A DNA stretch of 64,000 nucleotides from Macrostomum hystrix (taxonomy: Eukaryota > Animalia > Platyhelminthes). The notes below the pieces were generated by a model that saw nothing but the letters and a program-made list of their open reading frames with translations, did not search any database and was not told the DNA's origin. The translations under genes were made by a program, and so were the position numbers. Positions 37,964 through 49,264 of the stretch are shown in pieces. The stretch lies in assembly GCA_950097015.1 (NCBI GenBank), contig CATNEN010000025.1, positions 3,782,001 through 3,846,000 on the forward strand, given 5' to 3'. Positions within the stretch are counted from its first letter, which is position 1. The number at the start of each line of letters is the position of its first letter.

Positions 37964-40900
37964 ATGGCCAACCTGGACAAGATGCTCAGCTGCGGCTCAG
38001 TGCGGGCCCTAAACAATGGCGAAGACTACAATAACCCAGTGGTGAAGGTTCTGGGCCACCGCAAGGTGCCAGGTGGAGGCGGGCAGGACCGCTACCGACT
38101 GCTGGTGACGGATGGTGTGGACCAGCACTCGTTTGTCATGCTGGGCACCCAGCTGAACTACCTCGTTGAAGAGGAGCAGCTGCCACCTGGCACTGTGCTC
38201 AGAATTACCAAATATGTGCTCAATAATGCTAAGTCGGACAAACCTATTCTAATTGTGATTTCATTGGACATTCTCGGCATGTCCAGCGTGCAAGAGCTGT
38301 CAATTGGAGCCGACGCTGGCAACAATGGAGTTGCCACCAAGACTGCTGACACCAGCCGGCCTGCTGCCTTTGTTGCTGTGGAGGAGACGCCGCCTCGCCC
38401 GACCTACGGCAACCGCGGCGGGCAGCAGGCGGCTACTGGGCCGAGCTTCGTGCCGCAGACGCCTCCGCACGCTGGCAGCGGTGGTGGCGGCAAGTCATTC
38501 GGCGGTAGTAGCAGCGACCAGTCGTCGGGCGGCGGCATCGAGACGGGCCGTGTTCGACCGATTTCATCACTCAACCCGTACCAGAGCAAGTGGACCATCT
38601 GTGGCCGGGTCACCCAGAAAAGTCAGGTGAGTCGTGAGTACTGGGTTTTGCCCGGGATGACACCCAGAAGAGTCAGGTGAGTCGTGAGTACTGGGTTTTG
38701 CCCGGGATGACACCCAGAAGAGTCAGGTGAGTCGTGAGTACTGGGTTCTGCCGGGATGACACCCAGAAGAGCCAGGTGTGATTCGTTCACGGGCGACCAT
38801 CCCGCAGGTCCGCACCTGGTCGAACAGCCGAGGCGAGGGCAAGCTGTTCAGCTTCGTGCTGACTGACGACAGCAGCGAAATTCGCGTGACGGCCTTCCGT
38901 GACGAGGTTGACAAGTACTTCGACATGGTGGAGGTAGGCCGCGCCCTGTACATCAGCAAGGGCCAGTTGAAGGCAGCCAACAGGCAGTTCAACAACACAC
39001 AAAACGAGTACGAGATGGTGCTGAGCGCGGAGTCTCAGCTGCAACAGTGCGACGAGACGGACGCCTGCGCAGTGCCCGAGATGAAGTTCAGCTTCGTGCC
39101 GATCGCTGAGCTGCAGAACGTGGAGCCGAACAAGTGAGTTTATGAGCTGCTGATTGTCTGGATGATGCGGCATGACATATGAGCAGTGACTCAGGGAGTG
39201 CAGCAGTGACTCAGTGGGTTGCAGCAGTGAATTATTGAGTACAATGAGTACAGCAGTGAATCAGTGAGTGCAGCTGTGACTCAGTGAGTGCAGCAGTGAA
39301 TCAGTGAGTGCAGCAGTGACTCAGTGAGTGCAGCAGTGAATCAGTGAGTGCAGCTGTGACTCAGTGAGTGCAGCAGTGACTCAGGGAGTGCAGCAGTGAC
39401 TCAGGGAGTGCAGCAGTGACCCAGTGAGGGCAGCAGTGACTCAGTGAGTGCAGCTGTGACTCAGTGAGTGCAGCAGTGACTCAGGGAGTGCAGCAGTGAC
39501 TCAGGGAGTGCAGCATGACTCAGTGAGGGCAGCAGTGACTCAGTGAGTGCAGCTGTGACTCAGGGAGTGCAGCAGTGACTCAGGGAGTGCAGCAGTGACT
39601 CAGGGAGTGCAGCTGTGTCTTAGGGATTGCAGCAGTGGCTGAGTGATTAGCAGCTCAGGTGACACTCAACCTGAAACACGCGCAGGTTCGTAGACGTGTG
39701 CGGAGTTGTGCACGAGACGCATGACTGTCAGACAATCGTGGGCAAGACTAGCAACCGGGAGATTCAGAAGCGGGACCTGACGCTCGTGGACAACAGCGGC
39801 TGCTCAGTCCGCTGCACCCTGTGGGGCGAGGATGCGGTAAAGTTCAACGGAGAGAAGAAGCCAGTTCTGGTGGTGAAGGGTGCCAAGGTGTCTGACTTTG
39901 GCGGTCGATCGCTGAGCGCCACCTCAAACGGCTGCCTCCTTGTTGACCCTTCGATGCCAGAGGTGAACCGACTGCGAGGCTGGTACCTCATGGAGGGCCA
40001 GCAGATGCAGTTCGACGCGTTTAAGAACGAAGGCGGCGGCGGTGGCGGCTCTGGCGGAGGCGCCGTCTACCGCAACCTGAAGGACTGCAAGGCCGGTGGC
40101 TTCGGCACTGGGGACAAGTTCGAGTACTTTAGCTGCCTCGCCTGCATCATCCACATGAAGCGGGAGACCTGCTTGTACCAGGTGTGAAAGGCGTTTGCTC
40201 TTGAGCAGTCGATAATTGTACTCATGGACGATCTGTCTGCTCAACCTTAACTCACAGATTCACAGAGTTCTGGGCCAGTGTCCGCATTGACCCTGCTGTG
40301 TCACAGGTTCCCACTTCCCCAGTCACAGACTCCCAGTTCCGCAGTCACAGAATCCTAGTTCCCCAGTCACAGACTCCCAGTTCCTTAGTCTCTGGGACTC
40401 AGTTCCCCAGTCACAGACTCTCAGTTCCCCAGTCTCAGACTCTCAGTTCCCCAGTCACAGACTCCCATTTCCCCAGTCACAGACTCTCAGTTCCCCAGTC
40501 ACAGAATCCCAGTTCCTCAGTCACAGACTCCCAGTTCCCCAGTCACAGACTCTCAGTTCCCCAGTCTCAGACTCTCAGTTCCCCAGTCACAGACTCTCAG
40601 TTCCCCAGTCTCAGACTCCCATTTCCCCAGTCACAGACTCTCAGTTCCCCAGTCACATACTCTCAGTTCCCCAGTCACAGACCCCCAGTTCCCCAGTCAC
40701 AGACTCTCAGTTCCCCAGTCACAGACTCCCAGTTCCCCAGTCACAGACTCTCAGTTCCCCAGTCACAGACCCCCAGTTCCCCAGTCACATACTCTCAGTT
40801 CCCCAGTCACAGACCCCCAGTTCCCCAGTCACAGACTCTCAGTTCCCCAGTCACAGACTCTCAGTTCCCCAGTCACATACTCTCAGTTCCCCAGTCACAG

Positions 40901-41636
40901 ACCCCCAGTTCCCCAGTCACAGACTCTCAGTTCCCCAGTCACAGACTCTCAGTTCCCCAGTCACAGACTCTCATTTCCCCAGTCACAGACTCTCAGTTCC
41001 CCAGTCACAGACTCTCAGTTCCCCAGTCACAGACTCTCAGTTCCCCAAGTTCCCCAGTCTCAGACTCTCAGTTCCCCAGTCACAGACTCTCAGTTCTCCA
41101 GTCACAGAATCCTTGCTGCTGCCTCTCCGCAGGCCTGCGCCAAGGCCGACTGCAACAAGAAGGTCGTGGAGTTCAACGGCGAGTACCGCTGTGAAAAGTG
41201 TCAGTCCAGCTACCCGACTTTTACCTGGCGCTTCCTGCTGCAGGCCAACCTTGCCGATCACTCGGACAACCAGTGGGTCACCTGTTTCCAGGTGAGTTGC
41301 ACTTTCTTGTGCATTTCGTGATGCTGTATTTGCCAGTCATGTGTGAGCTGATGCCGCGACCTCTGTCCCCGCCCGCAGGACACGGCCGAGAAACTGCTTG
41401 GAACCACAGCCGCTCAGTTGGGCCAGCTGCGCACCGATGGTGACGACAAGGGCCAGGCCCAGGTGTTTGAGAGAGCCCTGTTCAAGTACCACCTGTTCAC
41501 GATGAGGGCCAAGATGGAGAACTTCCAGGATGAGATGAGGCTGCGTGTTGTGGTGCAGGACGTCAAGCAGCTGAACTTTGCCGAGGCTGGTCGCCTGCTC
41601 ATCAACCAGATTGAGTCCATGGTTGCCAAGGCCTAG
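37964..41636 (+). CDS. RPA1: Replication protein A 70-kDa subunit, copy A, 633 aa
   Basis: Exons 37964-38626, 38808-39133, 39686-40181, 41133-41291, 41379-41636; phases consistent, 1902 nt. RPA70N (RYRLLVTDG), DBD-A ([34 protein letters not shown]), DBD-B ([22 protein letters not shown]), DBD-C zinc finger (C..ADCNKKV...YRCEKC). Confidence 0.97.
38627..38775 (+). repeat. RPA1-A intron 1: 50-bp unit x3, each GTGAGT...CAG
   Basis: Unit GTGAGTCGTGAGTACTGGGTTTTGCCCGGGATGACACCCAGAAGAGTCAG. Confidence 0.95.
39185..39640. repeat. RPA1-A intron 2 minisatellite, 20-bp unit (GCAGCAGTGACTCAGTGAGT), ~22 copies
   Basis: Direct inspection. Confidence 0.95.
40300..41108. repeat. RPA1-A intron 3 minisatellite, 22-bp unit (TCACAGACTCTCAGTTCCCCAG), ~36 copies
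   Basis: Direct inspection; source of the spurious 298-aa ORF. Confidence 0.95.
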
Positions 41637-44561
41637 TGAACAGGCCTGTTAGAGCCCATTGGTCGAACTTTTGACTTGCGGACTTGATTTACGCATCAGT
41701 GGCAAATAAATTTCGTAGTAAATACGATCTTCATTTTGTAAATGTAACTCCCATCCTACTCCGAAAATTCACAATTAACCATTGTGCGAAGCGTTAGGAA
41801 TTAGCGCATTTATTTCAACCTTCTTTTACCGTTTATTAGTAAGTGATAGTTTAATCATGGCTTGGTGTTTTTATCTTTAAGAATTGGTTGGCTTTCGTAA
41901 TCTTGCATGATTCGCACTCTCCCTTTCCATTGGTAACTTTGCTGGCTAAATAGTAACGGAATCCCACAGTGTGTGTGCATTTAAGAATCAAATTCTTAAG
42001 ACACGTGACCCAAACAATTTTCTACATATTTCGGTACAAAGCTGAACTATTTTTTTTACCTTTTCTATCGGTATAGCAATTGGTTACTCATTTCGGTGAC
42101 GCTCGCTTAGGTAAGCGTCTTATAATATTAAGACCATGAGTGTTGGGCAAAGGTTTAATATCTAAATTATAAAAAAGTGAGAAACTGGTTTTAATCAAGT
42201 TGGCCAATTTAGCATCTTTCTATTTCTTTTGTCTCTTAGAAAACCAACTCATCAGTCTACTCGTATTTTTGCAAGAGATGAACCGCTGGGTGCAGTATTA
42301 TAGGGAAGCAGAGTGAAATGAAAAAATTGATTCATAACTTTTTGTAAAAACACGTCTGAAGCTTCTTTCTGGCTATAGCTTTCAGTAGGTAAGCTGACGG
42401 ACTCTTCTGATGAACTCTTCTGGTGAACAGTGCGGAAAAACAATTTCAGAACTGCAGTAACAGCAACAATTAGAAATAATGACGAGCTCAACCCGAAGCT
42501 TTGAACATAAATCTATACACTATTAGTAAGTGTCATCACGTGTGTTTTAACACTGCCGAAAAAATATATTATCTATTCATGAAAACACATGCTTACACGT
42601 CATGTGTTTATATATATATCATGTGTTCCTGTATAATGTATAGGAATTCTGCAAGCAAACGAACAAACGCAAATCAAAATTAAACGAAAATTGTTTACCT
42701 ACTTGACTAAAAATTAAAATTAGTTTTAGATTATACTAACAAGTTTTTTAATTTAATATTATTTTAAAATACCTTTTATGTAGTAATATTTGTTTTAAAA
42801 AGCGTTATTCTTGTTTAATTTCAAATAATTTAACGCTGATATATCTTCCCTTATCCGTGCCAAATTAAGATCGATGCAAAAAAATTATTTGTGTTGTCAG
42901 GATTTTATACGTATCTGTTTACACATATTAGCTGTAAGTATCAAATATAAATGTAAACCATACACGCCTCTTCTTTAAAGCCTTATTATATTGCATTTTT
43001 TGTAAAATTGCATCTTAATTTTCATTTTCAGTGTAACAAAATCTTTAAATAGAAAAATTTAGAAACATTTTGCGACTTTAAGAAACGCTAGGTAGCTTTA
43101 ATAGATCTTCAAGTTCGGTTCCCTTATGTGACTCTATCTACCCATTCTATAGATGTATTGTTATGATGAGATCTGGAAATGTTCCAAATTTTTGGACACC
43201 TTGTCTTTTGGAACTTTTTGTGGGATATTGTGGGCAACAAGTGTACCATAATATGCAGTATGCAGAAAAATACATACTGAGACACCTGTGGGCTTGGGAG
43301 GCATAGTGTGACTATAAGCATATGAAATATCTTGCATATATTACAGAACACAACATCAAGAATAATTTGCACTATGGTTCTAATAATGGGGCTTAATAGC
43401 CCAGGTATAATCTGTAATAATATTTAATATTTTAACAAACTACTAGATAGATAGATATTTTGTATAGATATTTAACTGTTTTTCTATGTGATTTATAATT
43501 GATGAACTAGTTAATTAACTAACTAGTTAATGAACTAGTTGTACTGTACTCTGTTTTAAATTTTAAAGTAATATTTTGTAGGGTCCATATAGATATAGTT
43601 ACCAAGATAGGGCAAAGATGGACTATGTTGTGTACTTACTAAGATATACTAAGGTTGTAATTTATTTTAATTTTAGTTCTATTAAAATGATTAAAATGTT
43701 TTTTAATAAGATGAGTAATGGAATGATAAGTATAAACTATATGCTTAATCATATCATGATATTATGGCTGTTTAGCCTATGGCCTAGGAACAGACAATAA
43801 ATCTCAATGCTTAGCATAGAAGCACATGGCTAGCATCCCTAGACATGTGGCACAGTCAAAAACTGTGCTCCACAGTGTAGTCCAAGCTAAAAACTCCAGG
43901 CATATTTATTTGTTCACCTGGCAATCCTTTCAAACAGCTTGTTGGTCAAGTACTAAAGCAAAAATTCTGCCTCTGCCATTCGCCAGTAGTGTTACCCAGT
44001 CCAGTCAAACTCCAGGGTGCCCACAAACTTTAGAAACACAAAAAGTCTGATGTCAGTTTCAGACTTAAGATTTCAGCTTTCAGAGTGATGTCAGTGAATG
44101 TTGTCAATTTCCTCACCAGGCTTTTCATCAAAGCAATAGGATTCATCATTGTCATCAAAAAGCAAGTTTTCCGCCTAATTCAAAATTTATTTTATATTGT
44201 TTGTATTGTTAAATTCAAGTTTTCACCACATTTTCATTCCAAGTTGTAATACATAAGAAGCTCCTGTGTAAATTATAAAAATATTGCATTTTTTTTCTTT
44301 TGCTAGATTAAGCATTATTTAAATTTACAATATTCAACTTACTGAAAATATGGTAAGGAAATATTGCCTGCTAGCCATTGCTGTGGTTGTTGGTTGTTCT
44401 CCTATGCTCCAACTGAATTGCTATTGCTATTGCCGCTTTCAATGCTACCATAATGCTATCATTATTGCTTCCTAAAGGCAATTCCTCATTGGACTGGCTG
44501 TGTCCAGAATGCAGAGTGCAGTTGTGCATTATTCTTTCAATTTCATCCCCTTTGCAGCGCG

Positions 44562-45813
44562 ATGCCTAACAACAAGGCAAAGGCTGCCAAGGCCAAGGGC
44601 AAGAAGCGGGTGGCGGCCGCTCCCGCCATCGTTAAGAAGGCCGAGGCCAAGAAGGTGACGAATCCGCTGATCCAAAGCCGTCCCAAGAGCTTTGCCATCG
44701 GCCAGGACATTCAGCCGAAGCGCGATCTGAGCCGCTTCTGCATGTGGCCTCGCTACATCCGGGTGCAGCGTCAGCGCGCGGTGCTGATGAAGCGCCTGAA
44801 GGTGCCGCCGGCCATCAACCAGTTCACCACGGCGCTGGACAAGCCGGCCGCTGCCCAGGTGTTTCGCCTGCTGGAAAAGTACAAGCCGGAGACGAAGCTG
44901 CAGAAGAAGGAGCGCCTGCGCCAGCGCGCGGAGCAGAGGGCGGCCGGCCAGTCGGACGAGCCGACCAAGCGGCCCAACAGCATCCGCTACGGCATCAACA
45001 ATGTCACCTCGCTGGTGAAGCGCAAGAAGGCTCAGCTGGTGGTCATTGCTCACGATGTTGATCCCATCGAGATTGTGCTGTACCTGCCTGCTCTCTGCCG
45101 CAAGATGGATGTGCCCTATTGCATCGTCAAGGTGAGCTTACTGATGGCTTTGCTGCTGTCACAGGTGTCTCACGTGTTGTTGGCTGGCCCTTTAGCAATC
45201 ATAAAATAGTGATTTTAGCAGGGCTCTGGGCATTTAGTGATTTAGCATTTAGTGACCGTAGATCCGCCAGTGAGAGGCAATTCTGTCTACTCCGCTGACT
45301 CCCGAGCACATACTCATACGGATACCGCACAGTGGTGTAAATCTACTCTGAATGTTTGGTTGTCAGGCAGTGTACTTCAGTAGCTACACTCTGTGCTTTG
45401 GGGGCTCGCACAAACTGCATTGCAAGTCCCCAAGCCCTCTCTCCGCGGCTGCGGCCCAAATGAACGTGGCCGCCGATTCAAGCTCGGGTACCTTGGTTAA
45501 GCCCTCTGCCACTCAGCCCCCCAAGACAGTGACAGGTGTCTGACAGCAGCCGTGGTTTGTCCCGCAGGGCAAGGCCCGCCTCGGCACCGTGGTCGGCATG
45601 AAGACCTGCGCCGCCATGGCCCTCGCCGGCGTCAACCCGGAGGACCGCTCGGCCCTCTCCAAGCTGGTTGAAACTGTGCGCAACAACTTCAACAGCCGCA
45701 GCGATGAGATCCGCAAACACTGGGGCGGCGGCATCATGGGACAGAAGTCGCAGGCCCGGGCTAACAAGATGGAGAAGGCGAGGCAGCGCGAGCTGCAGCT
45801 CAAGCTGGGATAA
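44562..45813 (+). CDS. RPL7A: 60S ribosomal protein L7a (eL8), 271 aa
   Basis: Exons 44562-45131 and 45568-45813 (phase 0). Motifs [90 protein letters not shown]. Confidence 0.98.
45240..45522 (-). mobile_element. tRNA-derived SINE (diverged) filling most of the RPL7A intron
   Basis: Colinear with 7569-7851 and 28830-29190 (CTCTCCGCGGCTGC, CTCTGCCACTCAGCCCCC, GAGGCAATTCTG). Confidence 0.75.
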
Positions 45814-47769
45814 GCGCTGTGGCAGCGGATTGCTTTTTCTGTCGGACCGACTAATGATCACTGCGGCTTGAAGCTTTTCTGAAATAGAGAATGGAAGTCA
45901 GATGCAAAGGCAAAGTTGTTAGAAAATCACTTTCAAATTGTGTACCTGGAAGAAAAAAATAGCCGGTTTGAAGAGAAAACCTTTTGTTAATTTTTTTGCT
46001 GTTTCTTCAAAGTAGGCAATGATCCGATCTTGTATTGTACTCAAATCTATTGCTTAATCTGAACACAGGAAATAGTCTGTCTTCTGATCAAAGTTCTGAC
46101 TGAGGTCGGGAATTCGAATCTCAGTCCGTGTCCTTTAAAATTCACATGTAGGACATTTAGTCACTCAGGAAATATTGGTTTTTAATTTTCGAGTCCTGGA
46201 ATTCAACATAAATCGTGTATTCGTGTATTTCTGGGCTAAATGCTGGGATTATCAACTGTTTGTAAATGCATGTGTAAATGGAGGTTCAGTTTATTACCAC
46301 ATGCATAGAAAAGTCTCATTTTGCCAAGACACTGCAAGGAGTATTACGATTTGTACATATTCTAATCGACAATCTTTGGAGCTCAATAAGAACTCATCAA
46401 GGCCTAGATTTAGACTCTACCTAAGGTAACCAGGGTTAATTAGTTCTTTCCGAGACCATTGACTAGCCATGAAGGACGGCTGCAGTTCCACCGGATCAAT
46501 TAGCTTAGATCTTTCACGACTCGTCATATGGAAACAGTATTGGCTACGAGTCTGTCATCTGAAGCTGAAATAACAACTGCTTCTATAAAACGAATGCAAA
46601 CTAATCTAAACGAATCTAAATCTAGTAAAACTGTGGATACGTGTAGCTAAAATCAATACGTTACAGTTAGCAGACAGTTTTTAGTTATTTTCGCTGCTAC
46701 TTCGCCAACCCTTAAATTCAATCCAACAGTTAAAAGCTTCTTTGATCTAATTGACCAGCTTAAGTGGGAATGGAAAATTATAAATATTTAAACCGACAGT
46801 TTTGATGCAACTTGATAATAATCGTTTTTCTCTACTTTAAACATGCGTTTCACCTGCTCTATGGTCCAAGTTAAAATAGCGTTTGAAGAGGGCCTAAGAT
46901 ACGAGTGAGCATTGTCCGATTTTCCCAATCCAGTATCGCACTCCCTTTAATATAATACTGTTTCCTTTATATTATATTATATTATAATATCCTTTTAATA
47001 TAATATAAAACGACTAAATGTATTGTCTAACTTCAGCATATGGCCATTGATATAAGCTGGTAGTGACAAAAATTATGTCGCTTAGGGGAGGATTTGGCCA
47101 TAGATCTTGACCATTGAGGAGGACGAGAAGTCGTATAATTGATTAACTGGTATATTCCTTCCGGTTAGACTTAGAGAGTCCAGAAATGGCGCTACACGGC
47201 GAGGCGGGAATAAGTGCCATTGTTAGTAGGCTTTTTACCATAGACAGAAGATAAATGCATAGACTACAAGGACAAACTAACAGGAAGGAGTTGCATTCGT
47301 TCTAAATTTGCCATTGAAAAGAAATTCCTGGAACCCGATGCGTCATTCTCGGATTGTGTTGATGCCATTCCCGGAGCCTGCTGCATTGCTTCTGCCCATA
47401 GAAGTTAGTGGAGAGAGCTGTCACTCTGGGTTTGAACTGTCAGAGAGAACAAGTTATAAGCCGGGGAAAGAAATTGGGGGTGTGGGGCGAAGCCCCCTCT
47501 TTCTACCATATAATATGTTTATCTAAGCTATGTTTTAAGATAAATAACGCAAGGAAAGGAAATCTATCATATATGAAGCCCGAGAGAATCTAAGACGACC
47601 TGAACTTAGACGAGCATCTGAGATCGACTGAAATGGAGCACAGCAGCTACCCGAGCGGTTTACTGGATATTTCTCTCGGAGACGTGGTGGGTCTTTCGCT
47701 AGAAGAAGAGGATAAACGCCGAGAAATATGATATCTGTCTGACATTGAGAACGAGTTGAGTATACATTG

Positions 47770-48140
47770 TCGATTGATCAACTGGACGTTTCAACGGTGG
47801 ATGAGTACTTCGACACCATTTCGGCTGGAGACGCTCCAATGAATTCGGCCATACATATGTGTTGAATGCCAAGGTAGACGAAATGTAATCAGTGCTTCCA
47901 ATGAGTGTGCTGCTGTGCGAAAACTTACTGATTTTTTCGCCAATCGAGGAATCAACATCGCTTGGGATACATGTCCTACATGGCCAGAGATTCTGGCTGA
48001 CCGCTTACGTTTGTTTTTTTGTTTGATTCGTTGCAAGCACGGTGAATTGTATTCTCTATCGACGTTGATCGCATACCGAGCTGCTTTGTTTCGATATTTC
48101 CGATGCGTGCGTGGCATTAAGAGGTTTCACCGTAGACATG
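47770..48140 (+). mobile_element. Degraded Crypton-like (tyrosine-recombinase element) N-terminal fragment
   Basis: AVRKLTDF...LRLFFCLIRCKHGELYSLSTLIAYRAALFRYF resembles the L.xFy..vR..dGe.Ys..tL...raal.Ryl segment of CryptonA/KCTD1/ZMYM-type proteins; upstream stops; catalytic region not seen. Confidence 0.45.
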
Positions 48141-49264
48141 ACATTCCCGGATCGTGTTGGCATTTCTGCTTAACCTACATCGAACGACATCTTTTCACCT
48201 TCGATTTTGTTCAAATTCCAGTTAAAAAAACGCGGAAATAAAAAATTCACATTAAGATATGATCAGTGCTTAAGGAAAATCAAAAGCGCCTTTTTAAAAG
48301 CCACAGAGCCCCTTCAATTCAAACTCGGCTTATTTGTCTATGGCAAAAGCTCTATTGCAAGAAACCATGAGTGTCTGAATTGAAATTCTGTTAGTTTTTT
48401 AATACTGGAATTTCATCTAAATTGAACATAAAAACGTGTACTTTTGATCTCGCTTCTCTTTTTATCCGAGGAAGACATAAAAGAAAGCGGAGAAATTGTG
48501 AAGCTCTTGCACTCTCTGGAGAATGGGGGGATACGGACGCAGATTCGCCACTACCGGCTGATGATGAAGAAGTAGTTGAGTAAACACGAGTGTCTATAGA
48601 TATTCAAAAGGCGATAAAAAATTGTTACTCCGATGCTCCGAATCACTTGTTACTTTTTATTCACTTTTTCTTTAGATAGTTTAAATTATCCCGAAGTATA
48701 AGGTTGAGAAATAAATAGCTTCTATCTCCATTATGACCATATAGACACTCGTTATCCTAGACCCAGATTTTTACAATTGTAATTATATACTCTTCACAAC
48801 CACAGGTATACGCTAGTACAATATTTAAACGTACTAATTCAGACAGCGGGCTGTCACATAAAAAATTCAGATAATAGCAATTCAGTAAACCGTTTTCTTG
48901 TCACAACGACTAATTAATAAGGACGAAAAAGTAGAATAAATAAATTATTTTTAAATAAACTTTGAAATTTTATTTCGTACGAAAATATACTTCTATACGC
49001 TAATCGAGTTACAACACGCAAGACAAAAAATGTGAAAAATGCACAGGGCCTTAACTGTTCAGGCTGACAAAATATTATTGTAAATAAAGAAAATAATTAT
49101 TTCAGCACGCTATTAAAAGTCCAAATAGTAATTAGCAAACTGAGAGTTATAAAATTTGGCTATACCACTGCTCAGTTACTACTGAAGTAGGAAAAATGAG
49201 TACATAAAGTTTGATAGAGTCCACAAAATTTGAACGAAAAAATCTAATGTCACAGGCCTGTTCA

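Noticed and set aside
40298-41194. 298-aa Ser/Pro/Gln-rich ORF
   Set aside because: RPA1 intron 3 minisatellite; the RPA1 frame is complete without it.
42252-42491. Possible transposase remnant
   Set aside because: Too short, with no catalytic motif I can support.
43160-43285. C/D snoRNA upstream of RPL7A (vertebrate RPL7A hosts snoRNAs)
   Set aside because: ATGATGA and CTGA are present, but there is no terminal stem and no recognisable rRNA guide.
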